A stretch of DNA of 64,000 nucleotides from Octopus vulgaris (lineage: Eukaryota), in contig OX597816.1 in assembly GCA_951406725.2 (NCBI GenBank), positions 168,144,001-168,208,000 on the forward strand, read 5' to 3'. Made by a program: the position numbers and the translations under genes. Positions within the stretch are counted from its first letter, which is position 1; the number at the start of each line of letters is the position of its first letter. The notes beneath the pieces are model-generated. The model saw nothing but the letters and a program-made list of their open reading frames with translations, was not told where the DNA came from and searched no databases. This document shows, in pieces, positions 63,151 to 64,000 of the stretch.

Positions 63151-64000
63151 TATGTATGTATATATATATTCATATATTATTTATGTTATTTTATGACTGA
63201 ACGCCAAGCATCCATTTCCAAGTATATATATATATACTTGTGTGTGTCTGTGTGTTTGCTAGTGTGTTTTTTTTTTAGTTTTTGTTTACTTATACACATC
63301 AGCGAATGAGCAAAAGAAGTACTCTCTGTATAGTTGTTCAATTTGCTAGAAATAACAGCCAAATCCCCCTCTTGTTAGTATTAAGGAAAGGGAAAATATT
63401 TACTCCTCTTCATTATTACGATTAAAATTAATACTTTTGATTTTGTTTGGCTCTATGAATTTAATTTTTTTAATGCTTTTGTCCGTTGCTTGATACAAGA
63501 AATTGGAAAATCTTGACCGAAACAGAGAAATTCTAACATACCAAAAAATATAGAAAGAGACAGAGAAAGTTCTGTTTCCCAAAGTCAAAAGATATGTTTT
63601 TAGCTGGGTGTAATTTTATAATTAAAAAAATTTTTTAATTTAAATTTCAGAACATAAGACTTACCACATTATCTGGTGTATAGCCGCTGTTCAAATGGCT
63701 ACAAAACCTAAAATAAATGTGTGTGTGTATGTGTGTGGTTAGCTCTTTAATAGCCAGGGGTCAATTTAAGTTCAATCGCAGAAAGGAATTCAAAAAGACA
63801 ACATACGCAATTATAAACATACAAACATACTCATACGTACACGCACATACACAAATACATACCTATCAGCCGCTCCCAAACGCCAGTTTGATCCAAAATT
63901 CTGACCACCATTCTTTATATACAAACACACACACATTCAGCTTTTCACTTTTATTTATTACTTTTTTTAATCGTCTATTGCTACTCATCTGCTTTTAGTT

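Overview
Eukaryotic, AT-rich, repeat-dominated genomic DNA. The tRNA-derived SINE families and repeat landscape point to an octopus/cephalopod genome (inference, no database search). Most ORFs in the supplied track are microsatellite or SINE artefacts. Recognisable content is decayed transposons: two Tc1 copies, a mariner, Tigger and POGK-type pogo elements, Helitrons, MITEs with 8-bp TSDs, RTE/CR1/R4-type LINE fragments, Penelope-like GIY-YIG fragments, an ORF1-only zinc-knuckle retroelement and LTR remnants. There are also candidate exons of an unidentified minus-strand host gene starting near 42.87 kb. The most notable signals are (i) several hammerhead-ribozyme motifs in Penelope-type pseudo-LTR units, one of them inside a perfect 387-bp x2 palindrome and one between direct repeats (retrozyme-like); (ii) several fold-back or inverted-duplication structures centred on retroelement ends; and (iii) a pogo deletion derivative that keeps an intact ORF encoding only DNA-binding domains.
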